Under the pieces are notes generated by a model. It saw only the letters and a program-made list of their open reading frames with translations, did no database searches and was not told the origin of the DNA. The position numbers and the translations under genes are program-made. A DNA stretch of 64,000 nucleotides from Candidatus Woesearchaeota archaeon (lineage in GTDB: Archaea; Nanobdellota; Nanobdellia; Woesearchaeales; ARS49): positions 192,001 to 256,000 of the forward strand of contig JAWADY010000001.1 in NCBI GenBank assembly GCA_038891615.1, written 5' to 3'. Of this stretch, positions 60,200 through 64,000 are shown piece by piece (positions within the stretch are counted from its first letter, which is position 1; each line of letters starts with the position of its first letter).

Positions 60200-61318
60200 A
60201 TGGATTCAACAAGGCCTGCTGTACAGGCTAACGATGTCTTGAGCAACCCAAAAATTATTCAGGTCCGCCAAAACGAGGTTGATAAAGAGCTTGAGGAGCT
60301 GCTTGCAAAGCAAAAGGCTTCTATAAAAGTTGTTGGATGCGGCGGGGCTGGAAACAATACCATAAACAGAATAACAGAAGTTGGAATTACTGGGGCAGAG
60401 ACAATTGCAATTAATACAGATGCGCAAGACCTTCTTTATACTACTGCTGATAAGAAAATATTGATTGGTCGAGAAATAACCAAAGGCTTAGGTGCTGGCT
60501 CTGACCCAAAGCTTGGTGAAGAAGCTGCTAGGGAATCAGAACATGAAATAAAAAATGCCATTGTAGGAGCAGATATGGTTTTTATAACATGCGGATTAGG
60601 GGGAGGAACAGGGACAGGTTCTGCACCTGTCGTCGCAGAGCTCGCACAAAAGGCAGGAGCGTTAACTGTCGCAATAGTAACAATGCCTTTTACAATGGAA
60701 GGGAACAGACGGTATGAAAATGCTGTGACTGGTCTTGAAAAACTAGAAAATGTAACAGATACACTCATAGTCATCCCAAACGACAAACTTTTGGAGCTTT
60801 GCCCAGACCTTCCATTGCAGACGGCATTCAAGGTTGCTGATGAGATACTGACAAATGCTGTTAAAGGGATTGCAGAGCTTGTTACAAGGGCAGGACTTGT
60901 CAACCTTGACTTTGCAGACATAAGGGCTGTAATGAAAAATGGTGGCGTTGCACTCATTGGTGTTGGGGAATCGGACTCAAACAACAGGGCAATTGAGGCA
61001 GTGGAGAAGGCAATTAACAACCCCCTCCTTGATGTAGACATTACAGGAGCCACTGGCGCACTCATTAACATTGCAGGAAGCAAGGACCTGACACTTGCTG
61101 AGGCAAAAAAGGTTGTTGAAGCGGTTAGCTCAAAACTTGCTGAGGATGCAAAAATAATCTGGGGTGCGCAGATATATGAAGACCTAGGCAACACGCTCAG
61201 GGCAATGCTCATTGTTACAGGTGTACGTTCTCCACAGATTTTTGGTGTCGAGCACAAAATAACGGCTGAACAAAAAAAGGAGATAGAACAGGAACTCGGG
61301 ATTGAGTTTGTGGATTAA
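60200..61318 (+). CDS. ftsZ: Cell division protein FtsZ
   Basis: [23 protein letters not shown]. Confidence 0.98.
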   Translation: MDSTRPAVQANDVLSNPKIIQVRQNEVDKELEELLAKQKASIKVVGCGGAGNNTINRITEVGITGAETIAINTDAQDLLYTTADKKILIGREITKGLGAGSDPKLGEEAARESEHEIKNAIVGADMVFITCGLGGGTGTGSAPVVAELAQKAGALTVAIVTMPFTMEGNRRYENAVTGLEKLENVTDTLIVIPNDKLLELCPDLPLQTAFKVADEILTNAVKGIAELVTRAGLVNLDFADIRAVMKNGGVALIGVGESDSNNRAIEAVEKAINNPLLDVDITGATGALINIAGSKDLTLAEAKKVVEAVSSKLAEDAKIIWGAQIYEDLGNTLRAMLIVTGVRSPQIFGVEHKITAEQKKEIEQELGIEFVD

Positions 61319-61384
61319 AATCCCTTCTTTCTGTTATTTGAATTTCACAAAACTTTAAAAAGCGCTTCTCCAAAGCTCAAAAAA

Positions 61385-61717
61385 ATGGTGGAAGAATACA
61401 ACCCTATCGAAACCGGACAAGAAGGTCAGCAAGGCAAGCCAACATTTCCAGAAGGAATAAATCGAAAATCAGAAGGGCCTGAAAGAGAACCTGCCAAACA
61501 GCAAACACAGATTATTAGCCCTACTGAACCTGGCGTGCTTTCAAAGCTAACCACAAAACTAAAGGAATTTTCAAAGGAATGCGGCAGAGTTCTTCGTGTG
61601 ACAAAAAAACCAGACAGTGATGAGTACAAACTAGTTGTGAAGATTGCAGGAATAGGCATTCTTATTATTGGGTTTGTTGGCTTCCTGATACATTTTTTAA
61701 AAGAGCTCCTGCTATAA
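61385..61717 (+). CDS. secE: Protein translocase SecE/Sec61-gamma with N-terminal extension
   Basis: RVLRVTKKPDSDEY plus TM; located between ftsZ and spt5. Confidence 0.92.
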   Translation: MVEEYNPIETGQEGQQGKPTFPEGINRKSEGPEREPAKQQTQIISPTEPGVLSKLTTKLKEFSKECGRVLRVTKKPDSDEYKLVVKIAGIGILIIGFVGFLIHFLKELLL

Positions 61718-61845
61718 AGCAAGCACATACATTTAAAATCCTTTATAAGCATGAAGCCATCGCAAAGCGCTTGGTTTTTGACTTTAAGTAGCAATCGCAA
61801 GGACCAGAAAAATTTTTAAAGCATGTAAAAAGGAGCCGAAATGAG

Positions 61846-62334
61846 ATGGTTGATGAAAAGAAAACAGCTATATTTGCGGTTAGAACGACTGCAAACCGTG
61901 AAGACCAGGTAATGGACTTTATAGCCTCAAACGTAAAGAAAAAAAAGATAGAGGTTTATTCTATAATAAGGCCTCATGGAATGCGTGGATACATTTTTGT
62001 TGAGGCACTTAACAGACAGGCTGCAGAACTTTCTGCACAAGGAGTGCCATACGCAAAAGGCCTTCTGCCGAAAGAAATAGAATACAAAGAAATAGAACAC
62101 ATGCTTGAACAAGTCAAATACGAAATGAACATACAGAAAAATGACATCGTTGAGATAATTTCAGGACCATTTAAGCGCTCACAAGCAAAAGTAACGAGAA
62201 TAGATAAACAAAAAGAAGAAGTTGTTGTGGAGCTTCTTGAAGCAGCTGTTCCGATACCTATAAGCTTAAGGATGGACGCGGTTAAAGTCATAAGACGCGA
62301 AGGAGCTCCTGAAAAAGAAGAAGGAGAGGAATAA
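61846..62334 (+). CDS. spt5: Transcription elongation factor Spt5
   Basis: GYIFVEA, KOW VEIISGPFK. Confidence 0.96.
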   Translation: MVDEKKTAIFAVRTTANREDQVMDFIASNVKKKKIEVYSIIRPHGMRGYIFVEALNRQAAELSAQGVPYAKGLLPKEIEYKEIEHMLEQVKYEMNIQKNDIVEIISGPFKRSQAKVTRIDKQKEEVVVELLEAAVPIPISLRMDAVKVIRREGAPEKEEGEE

Positions 62335-63095
62335 TGGCAAAGCAGGTTGTTGAGGCACTGATTGAAGGTGGAAAGGCAACAGCCGCACCACCACTGGGAC
62401 CAGCGCTTGGCCCTCTTGGAGTAAACATTGGTCAGGTTATTTCTGAAATAAACAAAAAAACTTCTGAGTTTAAAGGCGTTCAGGTTCCTGTCAAAATAAT
62501 TGTGGAAACAACCGATAAGTCTTTCACAATAAGCGTTGGAACTCCTCCAACCTCTGCGCTTGTGAAAAAGGAGGCTGGAATAGAGAAAGGCTCTGGCGAT
62601 CCGCTTCGCGACAAGGTTGCCAACATAAGGATAGAGCAAGTAATAAAAATTGCAAAGATGAAATCAGATAGCTTGCTTGGTAAGGGAACTTTTGCAAGAG
62701 TAAAGGAAGTGCTGGGAACATGCAATAGCATGGGGGTAATGGTTGAGGGCAGACCTGCAAAGGAAATCATTGAAGCTATTAACAAAGGAGAATTCAAGGA
62801 AGAAATTGCTGCTGAAAAGACAGAGCTCAGCGCAGAGGAACTAAAGCAGATTGAAGAAGAGAAAAAGAAGCTTCAGGCGGAGCTTGAGAAGAAGAGAGCT
62901 GAATACACAGCGATTGCAAAGCAAATAATTGAGAGCATGGCTGGCAAGCCTCGCGGAACAATAAGAGCAAAACTAGTTGAAGCAAAAATTCCAGCTGCTC
63001 TAATAGAAGAACTTCTCGCAGCTGCCGCAGCGCCAACCGGAGCTCCACCAGAAGCCTCCAAGACAGCAACTGTTGCTCAGCCCAAAAAGGAATGA
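62334..63095 (+). CDS. rpl11: 50S ribosomal protein L11 with ~90-aa C-terminal extension
   Basis: GGKATAAPPLGPALGPLG, GTCNSMGV. Confidence 0.96.
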   Translation: MAKQVVEALIEGGKATAAPPLGPALGPLGVNIGQVISEINKKTSEFKGVQVPVKIIVETTDKSFTISVGTPPTSALVKKEAGIEKGSGDPLRDKVANIRIEQVIKIAKMKSDSLLGKGTFARVKEVLGTCNSMGVMVEGRPAKEIIEAINKGEFKEEIAAEKTELSAEELKQIEEEKKKLQAELEKKRAEYTAIAKQIIESMAGKPRGTIRAKLVEAKIPAALIEELLAAAAAPTGAPPEASKTATVAQPKKE

Positions 63096-63174
63096 GCAGC
63101 ATTAGGAAGGCGTGATATTTTAGCACTAAAACAACAACACAAGGCTTAAAAATACATTATGCCTTCTTTTAAAG

Positions 63175-63744
63175 ATGCTAAAGAGGCTGAAGGTTTTACT
63201 AGCCCTTGCAGTTCTCGTAATACTTGTGTTAGTGCTTTTCAGCTCAGCAAGCGAAAATCCATTTTCAGGGTTCATCTCAGGCGAAATAAAAAGCCAGCAA
63301 ACAAATCTAATTTTTTTAGAAAACCAATCAATAAAACTTAAGCCTGCTGGCATCTTACCGCGGCTGAGTCAATTCTGGATAAGTGGTAAAGCAAACGGAG
63401 AGTTCATTGCAGTGACTCTAAGTGATGGTAAAAGAGAGCTACTTGTTTATGAAAAGAGAGAAAGAACATTGACACCTGCCTTTGGGCTCATCACAGCCTC
63501 TTCGGTTTTTGGGACTGGAGAAGGCAAAGCATTCGAGCTTGTGAAGGATGAAAGAACAGCTTTCAGCCCACAACAACCTGAGCACACAACCCGCCAAGAG
63601 AAAAACTTTTTTTATAGCTGCATCCAAACCTGCACAATACCGCAGGATTTCTACAACAGCAATGGCTATGAGCTTAGAGTCTATCTTTCGCCTGACGCAA
63701 CGCTTGAGATATACGAATTCAGTTATTCCTTTGCATCAGATTGA
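63175..63744 (+). CDS. Membrane-anchored/secreted hypothetical protein
   Basis: N-terminal TM; CIQTC motif. Confidence 0.65.
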   Translation: MLKRLKVLLALAVLVILVLVLFSSASENPFSGFISGEIKSQQTNLIFLENQSIKLKPAGILPRLSQFWISGKANGEFIAVTLSDGKRELLVYEKRERTLTPAFGLITASSVFGTGEGKAFELVKDERTAFSPQQPEHTTRQEKNFFYSCIQTCTIPQDFYNSNGYELRVYLSPDATLEIYEFSYSFASD

Positions 63745-63745
63745 C

Positions 63746-64000
63746 ATGCCACAAGCAGCACTAAAAGCCATTCCAGGAGCAGATAAGATTTTATTCAAGG
63801 AAAAATTTATACAAAGGTACTCACGACTGACAAACTGGGAGCTTTTTAAGAAATATTCTCTTTCTTTTCTGAGAAAATCTATCAGAGTGAATACTATAAA
63901 GAGTTCTGTTGAGGAGCTCAAGCAGCGCTTGTCAAAAGAATGGCTGCTCGAACCAATTCCGTGGTGCAAGGAAGGCTTTTGGATTGAACACTCTGGGGGA
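63746..64000 (+). CDS. RsmB/NOP2-family RNA m5C methyltransferase, N-terminus (truncated by window)
   Basis: Manual translation [10 protein letters not shown]...[10 protein letters not shown]...[13 protein letters not shown], open to the window end. Confidence 0.75.
   Translation, partial: MPQAALKAIPGADKILFKEKFIQRYSRLTNWELFKKYSLSFLRKSIRVNTIKSSVEELKQRLSKEWLLEPIPWCKEGFWIEHSGG

Noticed and set aside
60436-61257. 273-aa antisense ORF, and similar shadow ORFs over copA, thermosome, RNAP, spt5/L11 and the giant gene
   Set aside because: Antisense shadows of well-supported genes, with no motifs

Overview
Archaeal chromosomal window, most consistent with a DPANN (Woesearchaeota-like) genome. Evidence: split rpoB''/B' and rpoA'/A'', thermosome, Spt5, FtsZ-SecE-Spt5-L11, BHB-type tRNA introns, TATA promoters and GGAGGTGA-type SD sites. 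Left to right: a truncated wHTH protein; tRNA-Asp with a 70-nt structured intron; a Cys/His-rich putative metal/redox operon with two unlisted microproteins; and a type I R-M island (hsdM, an inserted Schlafen/AlbA_2-like gene, hsdS, MNT-HEPN with four operator palindromes, hsdR) flanked by remnants of earlier genes. Then come MtaB, an intron-containing tRNA-Lys(UUU) followed by a duplicated structured element, and the RNAP-S12-S7 operon, whose RpoA' reads AADFDGD instead of NADFDGD. The middle holds surface proteins, an unexplained pilin / coiled-coil / TIM-barrel / MNT-HEPN cluster, apparent pseudo-enzymes (two HITs, UppS), a prepilin peptidase, bacterial-type Lgt, CopA, GluRS, a small histone and the thermosome. 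The right end has a 2.5-kaa mosaic surface protein with a lipase-like domain, and housekeeping genes. All family calls come from reading motifs by eye; no searches were run.
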